Both the position numbers and the translations under genes were made by a program. A stretch of 64,000 nt of DNA from Candidatus Multivoradales bacterium (lineage in GTDB: Bacteria; Acidobacteriota; Thermoanaerobaculia; Multivoradales; Multivoraceae). The notes below the pieces were generated by a model. The model was not told the DNA's origin, did no database searches, and saw only the letters and a program-made list of their open reading frames with translations. The stretch is from NCBI GenBank assembly GCA_965223325.1, contig CBDCWI010000001.1, forward strand, positions 416,001 to 480,000. The letters run 5' to 3'. Below are positions 40,841-49,916 of this stretch, piece after piece. The stretch's first letter is position 1, and the number at the start of each line of letters is the position of its first letter.

Positions 40841-41836
40841 ATGAGCCGACCCGTCACTCTCTTTACCGGTCAGTGGGCGGACCTGCCGCTCTCCGAACTC
40901 CTCCCCAAGGTGGTCGAGTTCGGCTACGACGGGGTCGAGCTCGCCTGCTGGGGCGATCACCTGGTCCCCAAAGAAGCCGACGACGCCTACTGCGGCGAGC
41001 TGCGCGAGCTGCTCGACGATATGGAGCTCGGCCTTTGGGCGATCAGCAATCACCTCTGCGGCCAGGCGGTCTGCGACCCGATCGACGCGCGCCACCAGAG
41101 CATCGTGCCCGAGCATGTGTGGGGTGACGGCGAACCCGAGGGCGTCAAAGTGCGCGCCGCCGAAGAAATGCGCGAGACCGCGCGGGTTGCCAAGCGTCTC
41201 GGCGTCGACGTGGTGTGCGGGTTCACCGGCAGCTCGATCTGGCAGTACCTCTATTCGTTTCCTCCGGTACCTGTGGAGTGGATCGACAAAGGCTTTCTCG
41301 ACTTCAAAGAACGCTGGCTACCGATTCTCGAGACCTTCGAGAAACAGGGGGTGCGCTTTGCGCTCGAGGTCCACCCCACCGAGATCGCCTTCGACATCGC
41401 CTCGACCGAGCGCGCCCTCGAGGCGATCGACCACCACCCCGCCTTCGGTTTCAACTACGACCCCAGCCACCTCGGCTACCAGGGTGTCGACTATGTCGAG
41501 TTCATCCGTCGCTTCGGCGACCGTATCTTCCACGTCCATATGAAAGACGTGTGGTGGTCGGACCGGCCACGCGCGGCGGGCGTCTTCGGCGGTCACACCG
41601 AGTTCGGAGACCCGCGGCGGTACTGGGAGTTTCGCTCGCCCGGTCGCGGCACGATCGATTTCGAAGAGATCATCCGCGCTCTCAACGACGTTGGCTATGC
41701 CGGGCCGCTGTCGGTGGAGTGGGAAGACATCAAGATGGATCGCGAGCACGGCGCTGCCGAAGCCGCCATGGTGGTGCGCGACCTCGATTTCGAGACCTCC
41801 GACCGGGCTTTTGACGCGGCGTTCTCGGGAGACTGA
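40841..41836 (+). CDS. Sugar phosphate isomerase/epimerase (TIM barrel)
   Basis: [37 protein letters not shown] and SVEWED motifs. Confidence 0.9.
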   Translation: MSRPVTLFTGQWADLPLSELLPKVVEFGYDGVELACWGDHLVPKEADDAYCGELRELLDDMELGLWAISNHLCGQAVCDPIDARHQSIVPEHVWGDGEPEGVKVRAAEEMRETARVAKRLGVDVVCGFTGSSIWQYLYSFPPVPVEWIDKGFLDFKERWLPILETFEKQGVRFALEVHPTEIAFDIASTERALEAIDHHPAFGFNYDPSHLGYQGVDYVEFIRRFGDRIFHVHMKDVWWSDRPRAAGVFGGHTEFGDPRRYWEFRSPGRGTIDFEEIIRALNDVGYAGPLSVEWEDIKMDREHGAAEAAMVVRDLDFETSDRAFDAAFSGD

Positions 41837-41839
41837 AGA

Positions 41840-43171
41840 GTGGCCACGGCGGCACGTACCTGGTTCCCCGAAGTCTCGAAAGCAATCACCTTTGAAGGGC
41901 CAGGAACCGAGAACCCGCTCGCCTTCCGCTACTACGACCGCGACCGCAAAGTCCTCGGCCGCTCGATGGAGCGCTGGCTCAAGTTCGCAGTGGCCTACTG
42001 GCACACCCTGAAGGGCGGCGGTGAAGACCCCTTCGGTCAGGACCGCACGCTCACGCGACCCTGGCTCGAGGCGGACTCCGCAATGGAAGCCGCACACCAG
42101 ACTCTCGACGCGGCTTTCGAGTTCATCGAGAAACTCGGTGCACCGTACTGGTGTTTCCACGATCGTGACCTCGCACCCGAGGGTAGAACCCTCGAGGAGA
42201 CCTGGCGCCATCTCGAGGAGCTCACAAGAAGGGCGAAGAAGAAGCAGCGTGCCACAGGGATCAAGCTGCTCTGGGGGACGGCGAATCTGTTCTCGCACCC
42301 GCGCTACACCCACGGCGCCGCAACCAACCCCGACCCAGAGGTGACCGCCCATGCCGCGAGCCAGGTGCGTCGTGCTCTCGACGCGACGATCGCGCTCGGC
42401 GGCACCGGCTATGTGTTCTGGGGTGGTCGCGAGGGCTACGCCTCGCTTCTCAACACCGACATGAAGCGCGAACGCGAGCAACTCGCCGCCTTCCTGCACG
42501 CCGCCGTCGAGTACGGCCGTCGACAGGGGTTCCGCGGCACCTTCTTCATCGAACCGAAGGCCAAGGAGCCCTCGACCCATCAGTATGACTTCGACTGCGC
42601 CCACGCGCTCAATTTCCTGCGCGAGTTCGATCTTCTGGATGACTTCGCTCTCAATGTCGAAGCCAACCACGCCAGCCTCGCCACCCATACCTTCGAACAC
42701 GAACTGCGCACCGCCCAAGCCGCCGGCAAGCTCGGCAGTCTCGACATCAACCGCGGGCTCGAAGGCGTTGGCTGGGACACCGACAACTTCCCCACCGACC
42801 TCCTGGAGGCAGTCCTGGCGATGCGGGTCGTGGTCGAACAGCGCGGCCTTCGCCATGGCGGTCTCAACTTCGATGCCAAGGTGCGGCGCGGGTCGTTCGA
42901 CACCATCGATCTCTTTCACGCTCACATCGGCGGCATGGACACCTTCGCGCGTGCGCTCCTCGTCGTCGAGCGCCTGCGCCATGATGGCGCCCTCGACCAG
43001 TTCAAGAAGGATCGCTACGCCGGCTGGAAACGCGGCATCGGGAAGCGGCTGCTCGCGGGCCAGGCAACGCTCGAAGAGCTCGAAGAGCGAGCGCGCAAGA
43101 GCGGCGAGCCGGCGATGCGTTCGGGCCGGGTCGAGTTGCTCGAGAACCTGCTCAACGACTCCTTGAAATGA
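41840..43171 (+). CDS. xylA: Xylose isomerase (class II)
   Basis: YWHT, FHDRD, WGTANLF, WGGREGY, IEPK.KEP, EANH, GWDTD and NFDAK motifs. Confidence 0.97.
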   Translation: MATAARTWFPEVSKAITFEGPGTENPLAFRYYDRDRKVLGRSMERWLKFAVAYWHTLKGGGEDPFGQDRTLTRPWLEADSAMEAAHQTLDAAFEFIEKLGAPYWCFHDRDLAPEGRTLEETWRHLEELTRRAKKKQRATGIKLLWGTANLFSHPRYTHGAATNPDPEVTAHAASQVRRALDATIALGGTGYVFWGGREGYASLLNTDMKREREQLAAFLHAAVEYGRRQGFRGTFFIEPKAKEPSTHQYDFDCAHALNFLREFDLLDDFALNVEANHASLATHTFEHELRTAQAAGKLGSLDINRGLEGVGWDTDNFPTDLLEAVLAMRVVVEQRGLRHGGLNFDAKVRRGSFDTIDLFHAHIGGMDTFARALLVVERLRHDGALDQFKKDRYAGWKRGIGKRLLAGQATLEELEERARKSGEPAMRSGRVELLENLLNDSLK

Positions 43172-44769
43172 ACACCAATGAACGCGGTGACCGGGTGAAC
43201 GGGCCGCTCTACATCGGGATCGACAGCTCGACCCAGAGCACCACCGCGATCGTGCTCGATCGCAACCGCGATGACGTCATCGCCAGAGAAAGCGTCGTCT
43301 ACGACGACGATCTCCCTCAATGGGGTACGCGGGGCGGCCAGCTCGAGGCGCGCGACCGCCGCGTCGGTCATGCGCCACCGCTCCTGTGGATCGATGCGCT
43401 CGAAGAGGTGACCAGACGCCTTGCCGATTCGGTCGACCTCGGCAGCGTCGGAGCCATTGCGGTGGCCGCCCAACAGCACGGCACGGTCTACCTCAACGAA
43501 GCGGCACCGAAACGCCTCGCGAGGCTCGCCGATCTCGACCCAGGGGAGCCGCTCCGAAGCGGCCTCGAAAGCGTCCTCGCGCGCCAGGTCTCTCCGATCT
43601 GGACCGACAGCAGCACAACCGAGGAGTGCGCCGAGATTCGTGCCGCTCTGGGGGGCATCGCCGCGGCGGCCCGTCTCACTGGCTCGGATGTCTTCGAGCG
43701 CTTCGTCGCCCCGCAGGTGCGGCGGTTCTGGAAGCAGTCACCGGAAGACTGGCAGGCTACCCGGCACCTGCTGATGGTGAGTTCGTTCATCACCTCGGTC
43801 CTCGCCGGCCGAGTCGCTCCCATCGACTATGGCGACGCCAGTGGCACCAACCTGCTAGACATCAGAAAGCACGACTGGTCCAACGAAGCCCTCGATGCTT
43901 CGGCACCGGACCTCCGCCAGAAGCTCCTTGCACCCGCTTCCCCAGAGACGATCATCGGTCCAATCAACCCCTGGTTCGCGCGCACCTTCGGCCTGGGCGC
44001 TGACACGCTGGTTGCCATCGGCACCGGTGACAACCCCTCGAGCGCACAAGGCGTTGGCCTCGCCGAACCCGGCGACGCGGCCCTCAGCCTCGGCACCAGC
44101 GACACGCTCTTCGCCCTCGCTGAGGAACCCCGCGTCGACGTCGAGGGGCGTTCGCACGTCTTCATCGCCGCCACCGGTCACCCGATGAACCTCTTCTGCG
44201 TTCGAAACGGCGGCCTGGTGCGCGAACTGGTGCGCGATCTCAACGGCCTGGACTGGCAGGGTTTTGCCGACGCCATCGACACAGCGCCCCCGGGCTCGAA
44301 CGGCAGCCTGGTGCTCCCCTGGCGAGAGCCCGAGATCCTGCCGCGACTCGCCAGCCCCCTCTTCGGCGCGCGAGGCGACATCGACCTTCAGGAACCTGCC
44401 GCCTGTCGCGCTCTGGTCGAAGCGCAGATGCTGTCGCTCAGAATCCACGCCCAACAACTCGGCATCCAGCCCACGACGCTACGCCTGACCGGCGGCTCCT
44501 CGACCAGCGCCGCCATCGCGCAGCTGGTAGCGGACGTCTTCTCCTGCCCGGTCGAGCGCATCGGCTCGGCTGATTCGGCCGCCCTCGGCGCGGCCCTGCG
44601 CGCCGCGGGCGCCGTGGCAGCTGACGAGCCCGAATCACAAGCAGCCGTGCGCACTTGGCAGGCCGCCTGCACGAAGCCAGAGATGCGAACCGAGCCTCGT
44701 TTGGAAACTGCACCGCTCTACGAGTCGCTCGCTCTCTGCCTCCGTGAAGAAATTGGGAGCATGAACTGA
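43168..44769 (+). CDS. xylB: Xylulokinase (FGGY family, eukaryote-like subtype)
   Basis: GIDSSTQS, QQHG.VY, SPIW.DSST, GDNP.S, SLGTSDT and LTGG motifs; ATGA overlap with xylA. Confidence 0.85.
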   Translation: MNTNERGDRVNGPLYIGIDSSTQSTTAIVLDRNRDDVIARESVVYDDDLPQWGTRGGQLEARDRRVGHAPPLLWIDALEEVTRRLADSVDLGSVGAIAVAAQQHGTVYLNEAAPKRLARLADLDPGEPLRSGLESVLARQVSPIWTDSSTTEECAEIRAALGGIAAAARLTGSDVFERFVAPQVRRFWKQSPEDWQATRHLLMVSSFITSVLAGRVAPIDYGDASGTNLLDIRKHDWSNEALDASAPDLRQKLLAPASPETIIGPINPWFARTFGLGADTLVAIGTGDNPSSAQGVGLAEPGDAALSLGTSDTLFALAEEPRVDVEGRSHVFIAATGHPMNLFCVRNGGLVRELVRDLNGLDWQGFADAIDTAPPGSNGSLVLPWREPEILPRLASPLFGARGDIDLQEPAACRALVEAQMLSLRIHAQQLGIQPTTLRLTGGSSTSAAIAQLVADVFSCPVERIGSADSAALGAALRAAGAVAADEPESQAAVRTWQAACTKPEMRTEPRLETAPLYESLALCLREEIGSMN

Positions 44770-44789
44770 AGAGACAACTCTCTAGTCCT

Positions 44790-45770
44790 TCACGCGCCGA
44801 GTCCCAGCCGAGCCGCTCGCTCGAGAAGAAGCTCCACGTACTTCTCCTTTAGTAGGGGAGCGAGAAAGCTGCGGTCGATGAGGTCGCGCCATAAGGGCAG
44901 CGCTCCCGCGAGCGATCCCAGAATGTCGTCGATCGAGGCATCTGTCAGTGCGAGGCGCTGGCGGGCGAAGTACTCCAGAAAATCTTCTCTTGTCAGTTTG
45001 TTCTTCTTTCCGCGCAGAGCAAGAGCAATCTCTTCGGTTGCAGCAGGCAACGCAATGGTCGTGTTGAAAAGATCGTAGGCAGGTGCCAGCCGAACGCGGT
45101 ACTGAGTGAGCGATACGTTTCCACGGCCCGGCAACTCCAGAGGCTCACTGATGACGCTCCAGTTCTTCAGATGCATGTCTTCGTTCCCCACCAGAAAGGA
45201 GAACAACGTGCGGCGAAACAACTCGAGGCGCTCGACACGCGGGAAGGTCGTGTACTCGAGCAGCGGAATCAGCCGCTCCATCGTGTACCCATACTTCGTC
45301 GCTCGCTTCTCGCCGGCCAGCTGGGCAAAGTCCTCGACGCTGCGCTTCTTTCCGCGGCCAACGCGATCGAACCGCTTGATGAAATAGGTGAGACTCCCGT
45401 CCCGCGAGAAGACCATTCCATGAACCGGCACTTCGATCCCAACCGCAGCGGCCATTCGCATGGTGACATCTTCGTTCTCGGGAACCGAACGAAAGGGTTC
45501 GACCTGAGGCTTGAGAATGTAAGTACCACCCTGGTCGACGATCTTGAACCTTCCCGCTGACGGCGAAAGGCGGGCGCTGAGTTTTGGCTGCACTCCTTGA
45601 ATCGACATCTTGGTCGCACGGGCCATCGCCTCTTCGCGTTGCTCGCGCGCCGAGTACTCGAGGTCCTGGAGTGACGAAAGGGCCGGCGAGAGGAGCCGCA
45701 GGCCGCGTCGCGAGTAGCGGCCCTCGCCAGGCTCTAGATCCTGATAGGTGATCGGGCAGCGACCCGTCAT
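44790..45770 (-). CDS. hipT: HipA-family serine/threonine kinase toxin (HipT-like)
   Basis: MSIQGVQPK Gly-rich loop, YILKP, ENE, KRFDR, GNEDMHLKN and LAPAYD motifs; lacks the HipA N-terminal subdomain. Confidence 0.88.
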   Translation of the reverse strand: MTGRCPITYQDLEPGEGRYSRRGLRLLSPALSSLQDLEYSAREQREEAMARATKMSIQGVQPKLSARLSPSAGRFKIVDQGGTYILKPQVEPFRSVPENEDVTMRMAAAVGIEVPVHGMVFSRDGSLTYFIKRFDRVGRGKKRSVEDFAQLAGEKRATKYGYTMERLIPLLEYTTFPRVERLELFRRTLFSFLVGNEDMHLKNWSVISEPLELPGRGNVSLTQYRVRLAPAYDLFNTTIALPAATEEIALALRGKKNKLTREDFLEYFARQRLALTDASIDDILGSLAGALPLWRDLIDRSFLAPLLKEKYVELLLERAARLGLGA

Positions 45771-46120
45771 TCCCCTGACTCGACCGAAACCGCACCGACG
45801 AGGTCCTTGCCCACCGCCAGCAACTGCCCGAGGTAGTCGTGTTCATCGAACTTTCCAGCAAACAGCAGGCCCTCGAGCTGGACTCCCTCCGGGAGAAGCC
45901 CATCGAAGAACGGTGGGAACTCGAAGAAGAGATACGGCTCCGCCCGAACCGGGAGTGTCAGCGAGATGGCTGGACCCACATAGCCTTCGCGGTAGGTCAC
46001 GCTGTAGCTCGGGTCGTCGCCCGATGGACCGGAATACCTCAGGTCGGCAGCAGGTCTAGCGTGAACGAGGAGCACGGCGTGTCGTTGGTGACCGGCTCCG
46101 TGATCAGCGGGCGTGCTCAC
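45767..46120 (-). CDS. hipS: HipA N-terminal (couple_hipA) protein, HipS-like antitoxin
   Basis: ISLTLP, PPFFDGLLPEG and DLVGAV motifs; GTGA/ATGA coupling to both neighbours. Confidence 0.85.
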   Translation of the reverse strand: MSTPADHGAGHQRHAVLLVHARPAADLRYSGPSGDDPSYSVTYREGYVGPAISLTLPVRAEPYLFFEFPPFFDGLLPEGVQLEGLLFAGKFDEHDYLGQLLAVGKDLVGAVSVESGE

Positions 46121-46383
46121 GACGACAACCCTCGCGCTTTCGACGCCGAGGTTGTTTCGTCGGTTGGCATCGCCGCCTTGAGAGGACTGTCCCAATCGAC
46201 GCGAATGTTGAGGGCCGAGAGGATCTTGAGGAGGGTGTCGAGCCGAACGGTCGTCTTTCCATGTTCGACATCGTAGAGAACGGTCTTGCCGACACCGGCA
46301 AGTCGAGCCAGAGCGGCGCGACTCAGACCCGCCTGCTTGCGATGAAAGTGAACAATGCTCGAGAGGTTCGCCAGGGGTTGCAT
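46117..46383 (-). CDS. hipB: XRE/HTH regulator, HipB-like
   Basis: RKQAGLSR..LA.LAGVGKT..YDVE.GK.TVRLDTL motif. GGAG precedes ATG 46383; alternative start 46398. Confidence 0.88.
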   Translation of the reverse strand: MQPLANLSSIVHFHRKQAGLSRAALARLAGVGKTVLYDVEHGKTTVRLDTLLKILSALNIRVDWDSPLKAAMPTDETTSASKARGLSS

Positions 46384-46398
46384 TCGGTAACGCTCCAT

Positions 46399-46562
46399 TT
46401 TGCCGCTAAAGCGGCTCTCTCGACACTATAAGGCGTCATCGAACTCCTGATCAAGCCTGAGAAGGAACTTTTTACCGCTCTGGCAGTAAGTCTCTACCAA
46501 GAGATACCAGCCCACACCCCCACGAGGCTCGGCAAGCCTCTTTTTGCCGCACTCGCGGTAAA
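46399..46562 (-). promoter_or_regulatory. hipBST sigma70-type promoter with three palindromic operators
   Basis: Minus-strand TTGATC (46454-46449), N18, TATAGT (46430-46425). TTTRCCGC-N4-GCRGY.. sites start at 46399, 46471 and 46543. Confidence 0.7.
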
Positions 46563-46592
46563 TTCAGGCTCTGGGCTGCGTCGCGCAGGCTT

Positions 46593-47102
46593 CTAGCGAT
46601 AGGTGTCGCTGCCGTGGGTGATCCAGCCACCCGGTCCGCGGCCGCGCGGATCGTGGTGGGTCCAGTGGACGACCCCGCCGCGATCGTTCCACTCATAGCG
46701 ACCCCTGAAGACCACCCGGTCGCCTTCGGAAACCGGAACCCGTTTCGCCAGGTCGATGTTGTGGGCAATGAGAATCGTGTGCCCCTCACCAATGTCGATG
46801 ATCAAGCGCTGATGGCGGTCACCCTTGTTGTCGTCGCGCAGGATGCGTTCGACGGTGCCATCGGCCTCGATCCACACGCCGGACTGGTGGTCGCGGTAGA
46901 GGTCGCGTAGAACCTGCTGGCCAGAGCGCGCGCGATCACTGGCAGCCGGTGAACTCTTCTCACTCGGCACCGGCTGGGCGGCGATCGGAGGCGTTCTCTG
47001 TGGATCGCTCTCTTCGAGCTGGGACAGGTCGAGACCGCACGCCGGCAACAGGAGGGCGAGAGCCACAAGGAACGTCCATCGACGGAGGGCATGCGTTTTC
47101 AT
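46593..47102 (-). CDS. DUF3465 family OB-fold lipoprotein
   Basis: G.V.RIL.DD..G.RHQR, IAHNIDLA.RVP and GGVVHWTHHDP motifs; LPAC lipobox. Confidence 0.85.
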   Translation of the reverse strand: MKTHALRRWTFLVALALLLPACGLDLSQLEESDPQRTPPIAAQPVPSEKSSPAASDRARSGQQVLRDLYRDHQSGVWIEADGTVERILRDDNKGDRHQRLIIDIGEGHTILIAHNIDLAKRVPVSEGDRVVFRGRYEWNDRGGVVHWTHHDPRGRGPGGWITHGSDTYR

Positions 47103-47197
47103 CGGCTGCAGCATACCGTCGACTGGCCTGCGCTTCGCGGCCTCTGACCTCCGGTTTTGTTGCTACTGTCGGCCCTTCGCCAGCTCGAGATCTCCAG

Positions 47198-48667
47198 ATG
47201 ACCCATCGCCAGGACAAGGCCACCGCAACCCGCCCACGGCTCGACCCCGAGACCGAACAGATGCGCGCCGAGGGGTACCGCGCAGTCGACGCGCTGGTTG
47301 AGTTCCTGGCGGCGCACAAAGAGCGCAAGGTGGGAACCTCGATGCCAGCCCCTGAACTGGCAGCGTTGGTCGACGAGCCGCTGCCGGCGGGGCCGCACGG
47401 TTTCGACGACACGCTCGACTTCTTTTTGCGCCAACTCGTTCCCCACATGACGCACGTGAGCCATCCGCGCTTTCACGCCTACATTCCCTGCCCCGGTTCG
47501 TTCTACGGCGCACTGGGAGCGTTCCTGGCGGCGGGCACCAACCCGTTCGTTGGCAGCTGGCTGGGCGGTGCGTCGATGGCATCACTCGAGCTCACGACGT
47601 TGCGCTGGGTCGCCGAGGCGGTGGGCTATCCCTGCGATGCCGCCGGCATCTTCACTTCGGGCGGCTCGATGGCCAATCTCGGCGCCGTCGCCGCGGCACG
47701 GAGCTACCACCAGCCGGCCATCGAGCGCGCACGCATCTACGTCTCGGAGGAGGGTCACACCTCGTTCGAGAAGGCGGCGCTGATCATCGGTTTTCCCGAA
47801 AACTCGATTCGCCGTTTGCCGACCGATGAAGCCTTTGTGATGCAGCCCGAAGTGGTGCGTCGAGCGATTGCCGAAGACCGCGAGAACGACCTCGAGCCCT
47901 TCCTGATCTCAGCCAACGCCGGGACCACCAACACCGGTTCGATCGACCCCCTCGATGGCCTCGCCGACATCGCCGCGGAGGAGAAGGTCTGGTTGCACGC
48001 CGATGCTGCCTACGGCGGTTTCGCCGCCCTCACCGCTGTGGGGCGCGCAAAGCTGGCGGGGCTCGAGCGCGTCGACTCCTTGACTCTCGACCCGCACAAG
48101 TGGCTCTACGTGCCGATGGGGGTTGGTTGCCTGCTGGTCAAACGCCGCGCGGGCGACACCGAGCCCCCGTTCGACATGGGGCGCTCGCCGCTCGACGAGG
48201 CGTTCGACAACGACGGAACGTATCTTCGCGACCTCGATCGGAGCGAAGTGAATTTCCTCACCCGCGGCCCCGAGCTCTCCAGACCGGCACGCGCCCTGCC
48301 GGTCTGGACCCTTCTGCGCACCGTCGGTATCGAGGCGATTCGCGAGCAGGTCGAGGCCGACCTCGAACTCGCGCGCTGGGTCGCTGGCGAGCTGGCCGCC
48401 GACGAACGATTCGAGCTGGTTCTCGAACCGAGCCTCTCAGTCGTCGTCTTCCGTCACCGACAAACGCGCGGCGAAACCGCGAAAGAGCGCGGACTGCGCG
48501 ACGACGAGCTGATGAAGCGCCTCCTCGAAGACGGCGAGACCATGCTTTCGACCACCACTCTTCGCGGCGAGACCGCGCTGCGGCTGGTGGTCATGAACCA
48601 TCGCACCGATCGCCGGGAGCTGGCCAGGACCCTGGCCGCGATTCGCCGTCTGGCGGTTACCCCCTGA
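47198..48667 (+). CDS. Group II PLP-dependent amino-acid decarboxylase
   Basis: HPRFHAYI, TSGGSMAN, AGTTNTG.IDPL, WLHADAAYGG and DPHKWL (PLP lysine) motifs. Confidence 0.92.
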   Translation: MTHRQDKATATRPRLDPETEQMRAEGYRAVDALVEFLAAHKERKVGTSMPAPELAALVDEPLPAGPHGFDDTLDFFLRQLVPHMTHVSHPRFHAYIPCPGSFYGALGAFLAAGTNPFVGSWLGGASMASLELTTLRWVAEAVGYPCDAAGIFTSGGSMANLGAVAAARSYHQPAIERARIYVSEEGHTSFEKAALIIGFPENSIRRLPTDEAFVMQPEVVRRAIAEDRENDLEPFLISANAGTTNTGSIDPLDGLADIAAEEKVWLHADAAYGGFAALTAVGRAKLAGLERVDSLTLDPHKWLYVPMGVGCLLVKRRAGDTEPPFDMGRSPLDEAFDNDGTYLRDLDRSEVNFLTRGPELSRPARALPVWTLLRTVGIEAIREQVEADLELARWVAGELAADERFELVLEPSLSVVVFRHRQTRGETAKERGLRDDELMKRLLEDGETMLSTTTLRGETALRLVVMNHRTDRRELARTLAAIRRLAVTP

Positions 48668-48787
48668 GACCGCGGCGCCGGGCTGTTAACCCTTGTAGTA
48701 GCCTCGCCGCCTCACCACGATGCCAGCAAACGCAGGCATCGCCGTACCCCACCTCCCCCGCCTCCTGAGCTTCGGAACTCCCTCTCC

Positions 48788-49909
48788 ATGCAAGATGTCC
48801 TGCTGACCGGAAGCGGTCTTTATACCCCGCCCCAGGCCGTGTCGAACAAAGAGCTCGTCTTGAGCTTCAACCGCTGGGTGGCGTGTGCGAACCAGGCCAA
48901 CGCCCAAGCGATTGCGCGCGGTGAGACCTCTCCACTCGAGCCCTCGTCGGTCGAGTTCATCGAACGCGCGTCAGGAATCAAGAGTCGCTACCTGGTCGAT
49001 CGTGAGGGAGTGCTCGATCCGGCGGTCATGGCGCCACGCCTTCGCGAGCGTTCGGACGACGAGCCCTCGATTCTTTGTGAAATCGGTGCCGACGCCGCGC
49101 GCCAGGCACTCGAGCAAGCGGGCCGTACACCCGCCGAGGTCGACCTGGTGGTCGTGGCGTGTTCGAACCTCGAGCGCCCCTACCCGGCGATTGCCGTCGA
49201 ACTGCAGGACTACCTGGGGACCGAGGGCTTCGCCTACGACATGAACGTCGCCTGCTCCTCAGCAACCTTCGGCATCCAGGCAGCAGCGGACTCCCTGAGG
49301 AGCGGCTCGGCGGGCTGCGCCCTAGTGATCAACCCCGAAATCTGTTCCGGCCACCTCAACTTCCGTGATCGCGACAGTCACTTCATTTTCGGTGACGCCG
49401 CCACCGCAGTCGTGCTCGAAGCCGGCAGCGACCAGAACGCCCTGGAAAGCTGGAAGATCCTCGGCACCAGAACCCGCACGGTGTTCTCGAACAACATTCG
49501 CAACAACTTCGGCTTTCTCAACCGCGCACGCCCCGAAAGCGTCGGCACAGAGGACAAGCTCTTCAAGCAGCGCGGCCGACGGGTCTTCAAGGAGGTCGTG
49601 CCGCTGGTGGCGGATTTGATCCTCGAACACCTGGCGGAGTGCGAGATCGACCCGCAGCGCGTCTCGCGAGCCTGGCTGCACCAGGCCAACCTGGCCATGA
49701 ACGAGCTCATCGCCAGAAGGGTGTTTGGCGACGATCTCGCCCCCGACCAGGCACCGGTCATTCTCGACGAGTACGCCAACACCAGCTCGGCTGGCTCGGT
49801 GATCGCGTTTCACCTCCATCGTGCTGGCCTCGAGCGCGGCGACCTCGGCATTCTGTGCTCCTTCGGCGCCGGCTACTCGATCGGCAACGTGGTCCTCGAG
49901 AAGCTGTAA
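48788..49909 (+). CDS. Beta-ketoacyl-ACP synthase III (FabH-like, long PA3286-type)
   Basis: DMNVACSS, FGDAA, HQAN, NTSSAG and SFGAG motifs. Confidence 0.9.
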   Translation: MQDVLLTGSGLYTPPQAVSNKELVLSFNRWVACANQANAQAIARGETSPLEPSSVEFIERASGIKSRYLVDREGVLDPAVMAPRLRERSDDEPSILCEIGADAARQALEQAGRTPAEVDLVVVACSNLERPYPAIAVELQDYLGTEGFAYDMNVACSSATFGIQAAADSLRSGSAGCALVINPEICSGHLNFRDRDSHFIFGDAATAVVLEAGSDQNALESWKILGTRTRTVFSNNIRNNFGFLNRARPESVGTEDKLFKQRGRRVFKEVVPLVADLILEHLAECEIDPQRVSRAWLHQANLAMNELIARRVFGDDLAPDQAPVILDEYANTSSAGSVIAFHLHRAGLERGDLGILCSFGAGYSIGNVVLEKL

Positions 49910-49916
49910 CGCCGCA

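Noticed and set aside
44770-46600. hipBST as part of a mobile island
   Set aside because: No integrase, transposase, tRNA or flanking direct repeats were found.
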